Shown here: positions 39,712 through 50,373 of the stretch, piece by piece
Numbering within the stretch: position 1 is the stretch's first letter
Layout: every line of letters starts with the position of its first letter
Assembly: GCA_951813565.1 (NCBI GenBank)
Contig: OX638351.1
Coordinates: 4,640,001-4,704,000 of the forward strand
DNA: 64,000 nucleotides
Origin: an uncultured Poribacteria bacterium
GTDB taxonomy: Bacteria > Poribacteria > WGA-4E > WGA-3G
Direction: 5' to 3'
The notes under the pieces: model-generated
What the model saw: only the letters and a program-made list of their open reading frames with translations
Database searches by the model: none
Told to the model about the DNA's origin: nothing
Position numbers and translations under genes: made by a program

Positions 39712-40374
39712 TTAGAAAAACTCAGTTTTCAAGAATCTCATCTCTTGTATGCCTATTGTTTTTTTCGTTTCATCTTTCATAATAGGATCAAGATAGCTAT
39801 ATCCGTTCTCAACGATTGTTGCAATCAGAATGTCAGATGCTTCCCCTTTGCTTACATATTTTCTCTTTTCTTCCTGAATCATAGCAGGAGAGTGTAATTC
39901 AATAGTTATGAAAGTGGGTAAGAGAGGCCACTCCGCCATGTCATTGAAGATATAATGTTCATATCCGTCAATATCAAGCGCGAAGATATCAAAGGTTGGC
40001 GGTGAAATTTGATTAATTAGATGCTTCATGGTTATGTAAACGTGCATCTTATTGTGGATTGGAAAATTATACCATTCACTTCCATGATATCTTGATGTTG
40101 GTTCTATCAAATAGTGGGTATCACTAATTCCGGCGCATATCCACGTGACGTTGGTGAAATCTTTATATCGATCACTATTCGCCACATGCGCTATAGATTC
40201 AGGTTCAATATCAATACCATAATACTTAAACGGTGTTGAATCTTCTGTAAACAATTCAGGAAGGATGTGCTGAGGTCGATCAAGTACCGTTCTCATGTAA
40301 TCAACCCAATCATATTGAGTAAGGTATGCCCAATCTGCGCTTGTATTCAGGCCAAGTTGTATGCATGTTCTCAT
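39712..40374 (-). CDS. FkbM-like methyltransferase-fold protein
   Basis: IQLG, YGIDIEP, LDIDGYE, ITIELH. Confidence 0.6.
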   Translation of the reverse strand: MRTCIQLGLNTSADWAYLTQYDWVDYMRTVLDRPQHILPELFTEDSTPFKYYGIDIEPESIAHVANSDRYKDFTNVTWICAGISDTHYLIEPTSRYHGSEWYNFPIHNKMHVYITMKHLINQISPPTFDIFALDIDGYEHYIFNDMAEWPLLPTFITIELHSPAMIQEEKRKYVSKGEASDILIATIVENGYSYLDPIMKDETKKTIGIQEMRFLKTEFF

Positions 40375-40377
40375 ATA

Positions 40378-42261
40378 TTAACCTATTTGTTGTGCGACAA
40401 TGGTGAGGTCTAATATGTTGACAACGCCATCTTTATTGACATCTACCTTCGGGTTATTGGGTTTCTCTACTCCAAAATTTTGCGCGACGAGTGTGAGGTC
40501 GAGAATGTTGACGACACCATCGCTGTTTACGTCTCCGAATACCCAGTTTTGGCGTTTCCTTGCGAGTTCTAATATTTCATACGTTTCTGTTAATTCTGAA
40601 TCTAAATCTGATACCCCATCAAGTCTAAGGGTAGGGATTACCTCCCATATTCGATAGGCGTGGACATATTCCTGATACCTAACGGGATCTCTATCAGGAT
40701 TAGGAAAACCTAAGTGTCCATAGAATCTGGTATAAGGTGAAAACAGAAAGGAACTGATCGGATGAGGTTGCTCTGTTAAACCAATTAACAGTTGCTGTGC
40801 AAAACTTTCATGTAGAAAGGTAACATCATTGATGAGTTCGCCACCAAGAGCGATACCGGGCATTGCTTCTCTCAATTCTTGATGAAGCAAAATATTGCCC
40901 TCTGCCATTCTCATTCCTTTAATAGAGTAAACATTATCTACACTAAAGCTGAGATCTAGATGAAACGCATCAATATTATAAGTTTCCCATACATTTTTTA
41001 GCCGATTTATCAATAAATTTCTAAAATCCTCTGAAGCAGTATTGATAGAAACATAACCTCTTAATGGGTCTGGAGAATCCAAATGTGCACCTACTATTTC
41101 TCCTGTAATTGGGCTAGTAATTTGGTGTTTTTTTATTTTTTCATAGAATGGATTAGCAGGTGAAACAGCCAGCATATTTACATGCAGCATTACTTTAAAC
41201 CCATAACTATGCGCTTTCTGAAGAAATTCTCCAAAATTATCTGTTGGTGTATAATCAGGGTAATTCCAACGCCATCCTGCTTTTCGCCATCCTGTAACGT
41301 ATAATAGTGTTTTTTCAGGATCTACATATCGAGAAAGTATATCTATGACACTTGTACCTACACTTTCTAAAGGATCAGCATGAGTTATAACTAATTCAAT
41401 ATCATTTACCCATGCAGGCATTTCTTCACGATTGGCAGGCTTTAGTGAATTATGCATCCATTCTCTATAAATCGTAGCGGGGACTTGCCAATCACCTTCG
41501 TAAGCATTTATTCGCCATGTAGCTATTGCTATTTCTTTTACATCTTCAAATGGAACATGGGGGATTTCCCAAAAATTAATGGCAAAATCTTTACCTTGTG
41601 GAATATACTCAAGTAATTTGAATCTGTATTGGTCATCATCGCTACGAATAAATACTCCTCCATGCTGTCCTTGAAGTATCGCAAGTTGTGCTTCCCACTT
41701 CCCTGGATATTGGTATCTAACTCTCTCTGCTACAATAGAACTGGGAGTAAGGATTTGCCCTCCTTTTACAGGTACAATGGTATCTACAACTTCTTCAGAA
41801 AGATTAGAAAATCCCCACGCAATATTTCCTATTCCTCCCATTTTCAGTGTCCCTTTTTGTTTAATGAGAAGATCATTTGTTTCAGTATCTATACTAATGT
41901 ATAAATGTAAGGTTGCTTGATTGTCCTGTGGTTTACTTCGCCAATTATCTATATAGATGAGTTCACATTCAAGTGGAGAGGGTATTTTTATCTCTGATAA
42001 GTTACCTTTTGTTTCTAATTTTCGTCCACCAAATTGTCTAATTGATGTATATCCAGCCGCATTACCCCGCGTATAGTTTTCCTGCGTGAGTTTATTGTAA
42101 AAAGCTGTGATTACGCCATGTTCAAAGCGCACACGATAGTTATCCGTCTCCGCGAGGACATTGCCCGCTTCGTCAACCGTCAAAGTGTTAGCCGACCCAG
42201 CCGCAACTAAAACAAACTGCAATATCAGGATATACGCACATTTAGCCCAGAAACTTCTCAT
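40378..42261 (-). CDS. Secreted DUF6259-like protein with dockerin, paralog B
   Basis: Same architecture as paralog A; DAFHLD; dockerin repeats. Confidence 0.7.
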   Translation of the reverse strand: MRSFWAKCAYILILQFVLVAAGSANTLTVDEAGNVLAETDNYRVRFEHGVITAFYNKLTQENYTRGNAAGYTSIRQFGGRKLETKGNLSEIKIPSPLECELIYIDNWRSKPQDNQATLHLYISIDTETNDLLIKQKGTLKMGGIGNIAWGFSNLSEEVVDTIVPVKGGQILTPSSIVAERVRYQYPGKWEAQLAILQGQHGGVFIRSDDDQYRFKLLEYIPQGKDFAINFWEIPHVPFEDVKEIAIATWRINAYEGDWQVPATIYREWMHNSLKPANREEMPAWVNDIELVITHADPLESVGTSVIDILSRYVDPEKTLLYVTGWRKAGWRWNYPDYTPTDNFGEFLQKAHSYGFKVMLHVNMLAVSPANPFYEKIKKHQITSPITGEIVGAHLDSPDPLRGYVSINTASEDFRNLLINRLKNVWETYNIDAFHLDLSFSVDNVYSIKGMRMAEGNILLHQELREAMPGIALGGELINDVTFLHESFAQQLLIGLTEQPHPISSFLFSPYTRFYGHLGFPNPDRDPVRYQEYVHAYRIWEVIPTLRLDGVSDLDSELTETYEILELARKRQNWVFGDVNSDGVVNILDLTLVAQNFGVEKPNNPKVDVNKDGVVNILDLTIVAQQIG

Positions 42262-42295
42262 AACTTCATCTCCTTCTTGTGTTATTTCGTGTTTT

Positions 42296-44209
42296 CTATT
42301 CTAACGCATTTGCCACAATCACCAAGTCTTGAATATTCACAACGCCATCGCCATTGAGATCCGGTTCTGCTTCACCAAACGCGTTCGCAACAATCACCAA
42401 ATCCTGAATATTCACGACCCCATCTTCATTGACATCCGCTATAGGGTAGACATCCGCTACAGAAAATATGTCCCAAAAATATCCTGTGGCTATATTTTCC
42501 AGTTTCCTGAGTGTTAGGGTCATACCGGGGTCCAATATCCAGGGTCCACGGATACGGAGGGTTGGTAGAACATCCCATACTCGGTAAGCCTCTTCAAACG
42601 CTTGGTAGTGTTCAGGCTCTAAATCTGGGTTTGGAACAGAAGTATGTCCATAAGAGGTTGTCCAAGGCGAAAACAGAAAAGTGCTAATCGGGTGTGGCTG
42701 TTCGCCTTCATGAATATTCCAACGTAGTGCCAAATTCACGTGGGGGAAGGTGACTTCATGAAGGTGTTCGCCACCGAAAACAACTCCGGGCATCGCTGCT
42801 GCCAACTCCTGATGCAGCAGGATGTTTCCTTCTGCTGGAGTTAAGCCGTCAATGGGCGGATTGTTTACAACAAGGTGATTGATGTCCAGATGCCATGCAT
42901 CTATCGGGTAGGTTTCGTAAACCTTTTTCAGTTGCCCAACGAGATATTCTCTAAATTCTTTTGACGCTGGATTGATATAAGCCAGTCGGTATTTGGTTGT
43001 CGGATCATTCCAATTCCAGCCGAGTTTCCATCCTCGTATTGGGTCTCGAAATTGGTATTTCTCAAACGCTGGGTACAGTGGATGGTTCAGTGAACACCCG
43101 AGAAAATTCGCATGAGGCATGACCCGAAATCCATAAGCCTGTGCCGCTTCCACAAAATCACCGAATTCAGGTTTGGGAGTATATTCGGGGTAATTCTCTT
43201 CCAGGTCAGTGTCAACCTTATCAAGGTTAATACCTTGCCAAGGCAGCCAATTTATTAGATGTATCAAGGTTGTTGAAGGATTTACATGTTCTGCAAGCAG
43301 TTGTAGAGTTTCCTTATCTATACCTGGGGAATTTAGAACCAGTTCAATGTCTTTGACCCATGCGGGCGGTTGATTGGGTTGGAAAGCGTTTTCCATCCAG
43401 TCTCGGTAAATGCGTGCGGGCACTTGCCAGTCGCCTCGGTAGGCGTTCAATCGCCATGGAGCAGATGTGATCTCATGTTTATCGCGAAAGGGTGCGAGAT
43501 TGTCTGTCTGGAAACGCATATCAAAATGTTCACCACTCCGGGTATACCAGACACCTTTAAACTGATAGGTTGTATCCGTGCTGCGGACAAAGAACCCGCC
43601 ATCTTCACCCTGCAGAATGGCAAGTTGTGCCTCCCATCCCTCTGGATACGCGAAACCTCTCCTGCTAAATTCAGTGGCATTATTAATAATTTGACCGCCG
43701 TTTGCTGGCAATATGATGTTAACCTGTTGGCTATTGAGGTATCCGCATCCCCACATAACACCTACAAGCCCACCGAATGCCGAGGTCCCAGTTTGATGAA
43801 TCACCAAATCTTGGGTCTCTGAATCTATCATTATACGCATCCGCACGGCTTTATCTGTTCTATAATCAGAGTGATAAGCGATTTCTATAGCAAGCGGGGA
43901 TAACCTTTGGGTTTCTATGTCCCAATGCTCATTTAGAGTTTCTTCCCTTCCATAATGTCCCTCCTCATGTTGTATTGAGATACCACTTTGCTCATTTGAA
44001 TCGTCTTGCGGTGGGAGCGTATAAGTTTCGTTGGTGAGTTTGTTATGGAAGTGCACCAGCACCCCATGTTCAAAGCGAACCTGATAACGGTCCGTCTCCG
44101 CAAAAACTTCACCCTCTTCACTAAGCGTCAAAGTGTTCGCCAACACAGCAGCCACTAAAACGAACTGTAATATCACGATATAGGCACATTTACACAATAA
44201 CTTTCTCAT
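42296..44209 (-). CDS. Secreted DUF6259-like protein with dockerin, paralog C
   Basis: Same architecture; DAWHLD; DxNxDGVVNIQDL twice. Confidence 0.7.
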   Translation of the reverse strand: MRKLLCKCAYIVILQFVLVAAVLANTLTLSEEGEVFAETDRYQVRFEHGVLVHFHNKLTNETYTLPPQDDSNEQSGISIQHEEGHYGREETLNEHWDIETQRLSPLAIEIAYHSDYRTDKAVRMRIMIDSETQDLVIHQTGTSAFGGLVGVMWGCGYLNSQQVNIILPANGGQIINNATEFSRRGFAYPEGWEAQLAILQGEDGGFFVRSTDTTYQFKGVWYTRSGEHFDMRFQTDNLAPFRDKHEITSAPWRLNAYRGDWQVPARIYRDWMENAFQPNQPPAWVKDIELVLNSPGIDKETLQLLAEHVNPSTTLIHLINWLPWQGINLDKVDTDLEENYPEYTPKPEFGDFVEAAQAYGFRVMPHANFLGCSLNHPLYPAFEKYQFRDPIRGWKLGWNWNDPTTKYRLAYINPASKEFREYLVGQLKKVYETYPIDAWHLDINHLVVNNPPIDGLTPAEGNILLHQELAAAMPGVVFGGEHLHEVTFPHVNLALRWNIHEGEQPHPISTFLFSPWTTSYGHTSVPNPDLEPEHYQAFEEAYRVWDVLPTLRIRGPWILDPGMTLTLRKLENIATGYFWDIFSVADVYPIADVNEDGVVNIQDLVIVANAFGEAEPDLNGDGVVNIQDLVIVANALE

Positions 44210-44275
44210 AAATTTATTCCTTACGCCTCTCTTAATGTTTTTCCTGAGTTTTGGGATTAGAAATAAAGGAAGGGA

Positions 44276-45103
44276 TTATTTATCTTTCGTTTGTTTGAAG
44301 ATTTCTGCTATCCGCTCAGCGAAACGGAACGCGCTATTATCCTCTGGCGCGTAGCCTATCACCTCTCGTGCATTGGTGATACTCCAGAACTTATGTGAGT
44401 TGTCGCTGATGCCGTAGAAAATCTGGAATGGGATTCCGTTTTCATCTTCTATGTTCTCTGTTTCAATGCTCTTGACAAAGAGTTGCACCTGATCGCGAAC
44501 ACTTAGATATGCGCCGAGTGCGCGGTGCATCTTCTGATAGTTATCTGCTGTGACGTCATCCATATCAGTCTCTCGCGGTGCGCCGATACGGATCTGTACA
44601 TTTTGGATCTTCTTATTTTTTCTGAAACCTGTCGCAAAAACAAAACCGAGATGCTCATAAGCCTCTTTTGCCCACCCGTAGAAGTTATCTGACAACGGAC
44701 GCATCTCTGGTGTTACGAAATCCCATTTGCCTGCCCAGATGAGCCTTTCATAATAGTCTGCTGCATGGTTAGAACTACAGACAACAACGCGCCTGACATC
44801 CATTTCAAAGCAGGTATGGTAGACGTTGTATGCCATCTGAATGTTATTGAGTTCGTTTTCAAAACCGCCACCTTGGAAAGCACAGTGGACAACTGCGTCA
44901 ACACCTTCAAAATAGTGTTTGTATAGGTCACGGTCAGGGTTGCTAACGTCAACGACTTGAATATCTTTAACCTCTTCACCTTGCCGATTTGTGGTTCTCA
45001 CGTCAAGTAGAACGAGATCGTAACGTTCCCGGAATGCAGGTAGCATCCGTCCGGCTATATAGCCTGATGCACCGGTGATTAGGACTTTTCTGCGGTTTGG
45101 CAT
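44276..45103 (-). CDS. NAD-dependent epimerase/dehydratase
   Basis: TGASGYIAG, SSNHA, YGWAK. Confidence 0.85.
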   Translation of the reverse strand: MPNRRKVLITGASGYIAGRMLPAFRERYDLVLLDVRTTNRQGEEVKDIQVVDVSNPDRDLYKHYFEGVDAVVHCAFQGGGFENELNNIQMAYNVYHTCFEMDVRRVVVCSSNHAADYYERLIWAGKWDFVTPEMRPLSDNFYGWAKEAYEHLGFVFATGFRKNKKIQNVQIRIGAPRETDMDDVTADNYQKMHRALGAYLSVRDQVQLFVKSIETENIEDENGIPFQIFYGISDNSHKFWSITNAREVIGYAPEDNSAFRFAERIAEIFKQTKDK

Positions 45104-45145
45104 TGCTTTAGATGTTTCCTTCTGTGGAGGGATACAATAAAGTTT

Positions 45146-45913
45146 TCAGGAAGTTGGATTATGTGCTGAAATTTTCCGCTTTACTTCTTCCATTAATCTG
45201 TCCAACAAAGGATGTGATCCAGGTATCTTAAGTGCAAAGTTGTAAAGTGCGTAATCGTTAAGGCTTGCCTTTTCAAAACCGTGGGCAGGTTTGCTCAGAA
45301 AACGAACCAGTAACTGGAAAAGTTGTTTTCCTCTAAGTAAAAGTTTATAAGCGGATCTGATTTGTTGAACACGATCTGGGTCAGGAATGCGAAAGTCTTG
45401 ACGTGTACAAAAATCCGCGTCCAATTCAGTTTTGCCAGGCGGCACCATTTCATCACAATGCAGATCAAGTGTTGGAGAATTTCCTGCTAAATACTCCTCA
45501 ACTGCAAATGCAAACCATGTGCTGATAGAATCCAGAATTTGTTGATGTTCCGCTGTCTCGTTTTCATCTAACAAACGTTCCAAATCAGCATCTGAATACA
45601 AGTCGTTTTCAATACTGTATCCACTCGTCCAAATGACATCTTCGTACCCCGGCTCAATCCCTGAAAACAACCACATATCCTGATCCGCGATGAATGCAAC
45701 AGGAACTTGAGAAAATTCACCTCTGCGTTCGTAAATCTGGAGTAATTTATCCCTTCCACCAGAGGGACGTAAAATTACTTCAAAGATTCCAATTCTTTTA
45801 GTTAACTCCCGATAGATGATGACATCATCGTCTCCTTCAACAATATTAGGTTTTCGAGCGCGGCACAGAACACCAACTAAATGGTTTACTGTCATTGGGT
45901 CTGGTGTTGGCAT
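45146..45913 (-). CDS. TOPRIM-like DUF4435-type protein (AriB-like)
   Basis: IVEGDDD, GGR, IADQD, YSIEND, RGK motifs. Confidence 0.75.
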   Translation of the reverse strand: MPTPDPMTVNHLVGVLCRARKPNIVEGDDDVIIYRELTKRIGIFEVILRPSGGRDKLLQIYERRGEFSQVPVAFIADQDMWLFSGIEPGYEDVIWTSGYSIENDLYSDADLERLLDENETAEHQQILDSISTWFAFAVEEYLAGNSPTLDLHCDEMVPPGKTELDADFCTRQDFRIPDPDRVQQIRSAYKLLLRGKQLFQLLVRFLSKPAHGFEKASLNDYALYNFALKIPGSHPLLDRLMEEVKRKISAHNPTS

Positions 45914-47119
45914 TCAAATTTTCCCCTGATAACCTTGGGTATCACCTAACATAAATTCTTTGTCAGGATACATGGTATAGATGAAAGGCGAATGGGTCGC
46001 TATGAAAAATTGATTATTTGTTGCTTGTTCAAGCAAAGTAGATAAGAGTAGTCTTTGCCAATCTACGTGTAGGCTTAATTCGGGTTCATCAATGAAAACA
46101 AGTGTGTTTTTGTTAAAGGCGTTGTAACACAAAAAACTGAGCATCTGTTTCTCACCAGAGGAGAGCTTGTCAGATGATATTGCTTCCTTTGTCAAACCAA
46201 GGGCAATTCCTTCTGTTCCTTCACTAAGGGTAATTCCTTCTATGTCTTCACTATGTGCAACATGTCCTGTGACATGGACTGCTTGATACTCTAGGATATT
46301 CCTAGTAAGATCAGATAACACAGAAAAAGGTCTAAGCAAAGTTTCACGTTCTGCAGTAACCTGATCAACCCTTTTTTGTATATCCTCTAATACTTCATGC
46401 GCCTTTTGAGATGTTTGAGTTTCAGCTATTTCCTTATTACCAAAATACTCTTTAATTTTTCGAGTAATTTCTTGAGACAACTCTACTTGAAGATCGTCTA
46501 TTTTTTTAGAAATAGGGACGAATTTCTGGGTTAACAGTGAGGCTATATCATTGGTTGAAATTGAAGCAATGAATTTGTGGTCATAGACTGACACTGCAGA
46601 CGAGAATTCTGATATTGCTTCTTGAAGTCTCCCAGATGCCCTGCGATTCCGATAATCACTTTCTGAGTCGATCCTTCTAGAAAGGTTAGAAAAACCACCT
46701 TCAATTCTCCTAAATGTTGGAAAAAATAAACTATTCTTCATAGCACTCGCTATATCAACATTAAGTTCATGTAAATTTTCTATGTAATCCCGTCTATCGG
46801 GGTACCCAGTTTCCTGATCCACAGTAACTGTAAAATTCACGTCTTTCGAGAAAGAATTCTCCTCACTGAAAAACTTTATATTGCCTGAATCAAGGCGGGT
46901 TATAGTCAGAGAGAACAAGTCTGTGACAATCGAAACAGAATCAAACGGAATTTCAGGATAAATTCGCTCAAGATTTCCACTAGTTAGGTACCAAATGAGC
47001 TTTAGCAAAGTTGTTTTACATGAACCGTTTGGCCCGGTAAAAATATTCAAGTCTTCATTGAACTCAAACTCACCATCAAGACGATTATTGAGTCCCTTAA
47101 CTTCAAGTCTTTGTATCAT
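45914..47119 (-). CDS. AAA_15/AAA_21-type ABC ATPase (AriA-like)
   Basis: GPNGSCKT (Walker A variant), FPTFRRIEG, LSSGEKQ, IDEPELSLHVDWQ, ATHSP. Confidence 0.85.
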   Translation of the reverse strand: MIQRLEVKGLNNRLDGEFEFNEDLNIFTGPNGSCKTTLLKLIWYLTSGNLERIYPEIPFDSVSIVTDLFSLTITRLDSGNIKFFSEENSFSKDVNFTVTVDQETGYPDRRDYIENLHELNVDIASAMKNSLFFPTFRRIEGGFSNLSRRIDSESDYRNRRASGRLQEAISEFSSAVSVYDHKFIASISTNDIASLLTQKFVPISKKIDDLQVELSQEITRKIKEYFGNKEIAETQTSQKAHEVLEDIQKRVDQVTAERETLLRPFSVLSDLTRNILEYQAVHVTGHVAHSEDIEGITLSEGTEGIALGLTKEAISSDKLSSGEKQMLSFLCYNAFNKNTLVFIDEPELSLHVDWQRLLLSTLLEQATNNQFFIATHSPFIYTMYPDKEFMLGDTQGYQGKI

Positions 47120-47164
47120 CTGTTTTTACCTCACAGAGATGTCTTCAACGTAAAATCTGAATAC

Positions 47165-48844
47165 CTACGGAATCTTCAACTTCTCTTTACAGTGCCGAGT
47201 GAGCATTTTCATCTCGTCAATGACCTGCGTCTCAGTTTGCATCAGTTGGCAATAAAAAGGCGGGACAGGTTCTCTTCTAAAGAGTTTATCAAAGAAACTG
47301 CGTTGTGCTTCCGCAGGCACTTCAAAGCGCGATATTTCTGTCCGTGACGGATCTATTCCCAAGTATTCAATTGAGAGATAGTGTGCTGCGTCGTCTTTCT
47401 TAATTTTGCCTTTACGGATACTGCCGGTGATCTTCCGTCCGTAACTTACAGCATAGACTCTACCTGTCGTTTGACTTAGGACGGTATAACCGCCCTCGTC
47501 AATAGATTCATTCCAACACTCCTCAAATCCATTCTCTGGGAGACGTTCGCGAAGTTCTTGTGCAGACCGTACCACAAACCTGTTTTGATGTAAGATTTTA
47601 GTGATAGGAAATTCCTCATCCTGCTCTGTTAGTGGGAGAGGGCCTGTCAGCAGATCGACGTTATCAAGTGTCCAAACCACACCATCTCGGATACCTTTTG
47701 CCAAGTTCAGATGTTTTTCAACAAACTCTCCGTTTAGCGGATGCAGGTAGTAACCTTTGTTACCATTAAACACGGCGCGCAATTTTCGGCGATGATCAAT
47801 TACAGAGAATCGCTTTTCAGGAACAGGGACCTCTAACTGGAGGGTGTATCCTGTATCCAAATCGGTTGTAAGATTTAATTGCGACTTACGCAGTTGTGCA
47901 AGACGTGTCAACGCTGTCTGGCTTTTGGACAGAACGCGTCCAATTAGATATTCACTTCGGAGTGCGGGGATTTCCGTGGCGAGCCGTTCAAGTGTAGCAG
48001 CATCAAGTTTCTCCAACATAACCTTGTGTTCCCAACGGGTGCCGCGTTCATGTGCCAGAATTTGAAACTGCTGTTTATCGCCGCTGGTACGAATATATCC
48101 GAGTGCTGTCCACGGATCAAAGGTTGCGCGGTAGTATCCGCTTGTTTCAGCATCTCCACCTGCTAAGACACAATCTCGCCTCTCATATCGGGAATAGAGA
48201 CCGAATTGAAATTCATACGTTTCGTAGCTTTCTAAAGCCTTTCGCAAATCGCGCGCGAACTCACTTCCGCGTGAATACTTTCTGAAAATCTGTTCAGTAC
48301 GTTGTGGTTGATTGAGCGCGTCAAGGAATGATCCGATAGGGATACCCGCCTCTTCCACACCTTCGTCCTCGCTTTTACCAAAGACCTTTGTTTTGGTTTT
48401 GAAAGGCGGGTTTTTGAGCGATACATCACGTTGTGAAACGAGTTGTAAAGCGGGATCGTCTGCCATCCCCGCGAGGGTCGGGGCATCGCCAAGGATCTCT
48501 GCTAATTTCACATCGTCAATTTTTTCCATTAAAACGGTCCCGCGTTTAAGTTCCGCGAAATGGATAATATCGTTGAGACTATACTGAAGTGGTGCACTGG
48601 AAGAAAGGTTGTCGTAGTTAGAACGATGGAACCGGATACGCGGCTTAATCCGAAAGACAGGCGTGAGACCGTAATCCTTTAGCAATGCATACAAGGTCAC
48701 GGTATAGGATTCCTCGTGAACCTTCTGTGCCAGGATACCACGTTCGTTTGGCTTATTGTCAACGATTAACCGCTCTTGTACAAGACGACTATCGTTCCCA
48801 AAAATAATCATCCGATGTTCTTCTCTATTATCATCAACTAACAT
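47165..48844 (-). CDS. Hypothetical protein with VTC/CYTH-like motifs
   Basis: Ordered motifs TLY, KPRIR, FAELK, YERR, RATFD, EHK, SK resemble the VTC tunnel domain; weak. Confidence 0.5.
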   Translation of the reverse strand: MLVDDNREEHRMIIFGNDSRLVQERLIVDNKPNERGILAQKVHEESYTVTLYALLKDYGLTPVFRIKPRIRFHRSNYDNLSSSAPLQYSLNDIIHFAELKRGTVLMEKIDDVKLAEILGDAPTLAGMADDPALQLVSQRDVSLKNPPFKTKTKVFGKSEDEGVEEAGIPIGSFLDALNQPQRTEQIFRKYSRGSEFARDLRKALESYETYEFQFGLYSRYERRDCVLAGGDAETSGYYRATFDPWTALGYIRTSGDKQQFQILAHERGTRWEHKVMLEKLDAATLERLATEIPALRSEYLIGRVLSKSQTALTRLAQLRKSQLNLTTDLDTGYTLQLEVPVPEKRFSVIDHRRKLRAVFNGNKGYYLHPLNGEFVEKHLNLAKGIRDGVVWTLDNVDLLTGPLPLTEQDEEFPITKILHQNRFVVRSAQELRERLPENGFEECWNESIDEGGYTVLSQTTGRVYAVSYGRKITGSIRKGKIKKDDAAHYLSIEYLGIDPSRTEISRFEVPAEAQRSFFDKLFRREPVPPFYCQLMQTETQVIDEMKMLTRHCKEKLKIP

Positions 48845-48890
48845 GGATCCGTCCCCCTTTATTTTTAGACCTCGTATCCAAATTTGAGGT

Positions 48891-49865
48891 TCATCCCGCT
48901 TTGAGTCTCTGTCTTGCTAATGCTGCTGCGCCAAGCACACCTGCATTATCTCCCAGTTCCGCCTTCACAATCTGAACTCCTTTTAACGTATCGGGTAGTG
49001 CGTACTTCTTCGCAGCTTTGCGAATATCGTCAATGAATGTATCATCAAGTGCTTCAACAACACCGCCACCTAACACGATCATCTCTGGATTTAAGAAATT
49101 CACAATAGAACCGATACCAACGCCAAGATATTTTGTGACTTCTTTGAATACTTTCAGTGTCAATTTATCCTTGCTACGAAGTGCTTTAGCTAATGTGCCA
49201 CTACGTATTAATCCGAGATCGCCATCAGTAAGTTGGGTAAGTATACTTTTTTTACCTTTTTTCAGTATAGCTTTTTGGAATTGCTTTGCCATAGCGGTAC
49301 GACTCGCGAGTGCTTCTAAACATCCACGGGTGCCACATCCACACTTGGGTCCGTCTGCCTTGACAATGATATGTCCGATTTCACCAGCTGTCTTGCTTGC
49401 ACCGTGGAAAAGCGCACCGTTCAGAATAATGCCACCCCCAATGCCAGTGCCAACAAAAATTCCGACCAAATTCTGAACGTTTTGTCCTACTCCAAACGTG
49501 TGTTCGCCAAGCGTTCCTACATTCACGTCGTTGTCAACGAATGCAGGAATGTTGATGCGTGCTTCCAACTCAGTCTTCAGCGGCACATCCTTCCATCCGA
49601 GATTCGGAGCAAAAATAACGACTCCTGTTTCCGGGTCAAGCGGTCCGGGTGCGCCAATTCCAATTGCACTGATTGATTCTGTGTTAACATGAGATTCGTC
49701 AATCGCTTTTCGGATACAATCTGCGATTCGATCAATAACGATGGAAGTATTGCTTTTCGCGTTTGTTGGAATTTTAGCTGTACCGAGGATATTACCTGCC
49801 TCATCAACAACGGCGGCGAGAATCTTAGTGCCACCCATATCTACTCCGACAACATTCGTGTTCAT
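48891..49865 (-). CDS. ROK family sugar kinase (glucokinase-like)
   Basis: GVDMGGT, DNDVN, GTGIGGG, GEIGH, CGCGTRGCLE. Confidence 0.92.
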   Translation of the reverse strand: MNTNVVGVDMGGTKILAAVVDEAGNILGTAKIPTNAKSNTSIVIDRIADCIRKAIDESHVNTESISAIGIGAPGPLDPETGVVIFAPNLGWKDVPLKTELEARINIPAFVDNDVNVGTLGEHTFGVGQNVQNLVGIFVGTGIGGGIILNGALFHGASKTAGEIGHIIVKADGPKCGCGTRGCLEALASRTAMAKQFQKAILKKGKKSILTQLTDGDLGLIRSGTLAKALRSKDKLTLKVFKEVTKYLGVGIGSIVNFLNPEMIVLGGGVVEALDDTFIDDIRKAAKKYALPDTLKGVQIVKAELGDNAGVLGAAALARQRLKAG

Positions 49866-49907
49866 TTTTATTTCCTTTATAGTCAGTGTCGTCTTGGTGC
49901 GAGTTTT

Positions 49908-50372
49908 CTATGACGTAATAAATGTGAGCAATTTTTGTTTAAAGTCTGTTACTGATAATTGTTCCCATTTTTCTAAAAACGCCTGATAGTCGGAATTGCG
50001 AGTTTCGCTGGTACGTTCGATAAGTACATCAACCCCTGACAATTCAGCGGGTTGAAGATTTTCTTTATAATTTGTTAGCACCTCTAAGACAACATCACTA
50101 TCGTGTATATCGCCAAGTATATCTTGCAATTCAATAATAGTTTCAAGAAAATCAGAAAAATGTTTACCGTAGTTTACAGCGAAAAACTCCATTGTATACC
50201 GGAGCCGTTTAACAGAAATTCGCATGTTGTGTAGTTCTTCACGTCGCGCGGGGTCTCTAATAAACTGCTCCCAACTATAAACCTCTTCAACCTTTTGTGG
50301 AAGTATGATACAGGCATTCTCGCGAAAACTACGTTTCGGATTGAGTCCTGTGATTTTTTGCGGTTTTGCCAT
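49908..50372 (-). CDS. CHAD domain protein, C-half type
   Basis: LHNMRISVKRLRY, LQDILGDIHD; start moved to ATG 50372, just after the upstream stop. Confidence 0.85.
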   Translation of the reverse strand: MAKPQKITGLNPKRSFRENACIILPQKVEEVYSWEQFIRDPARREELHNMRISVKRLRYTMEFFAVNYGKHFSDFLETIIELQDILGDIHDSDVVLEVLTNYKENLQPAELSGVDVLIERTSETRNSDYQAFLEKWEQLSVTDFKQKLLTFITS

Positions 50373-50373
50373 T

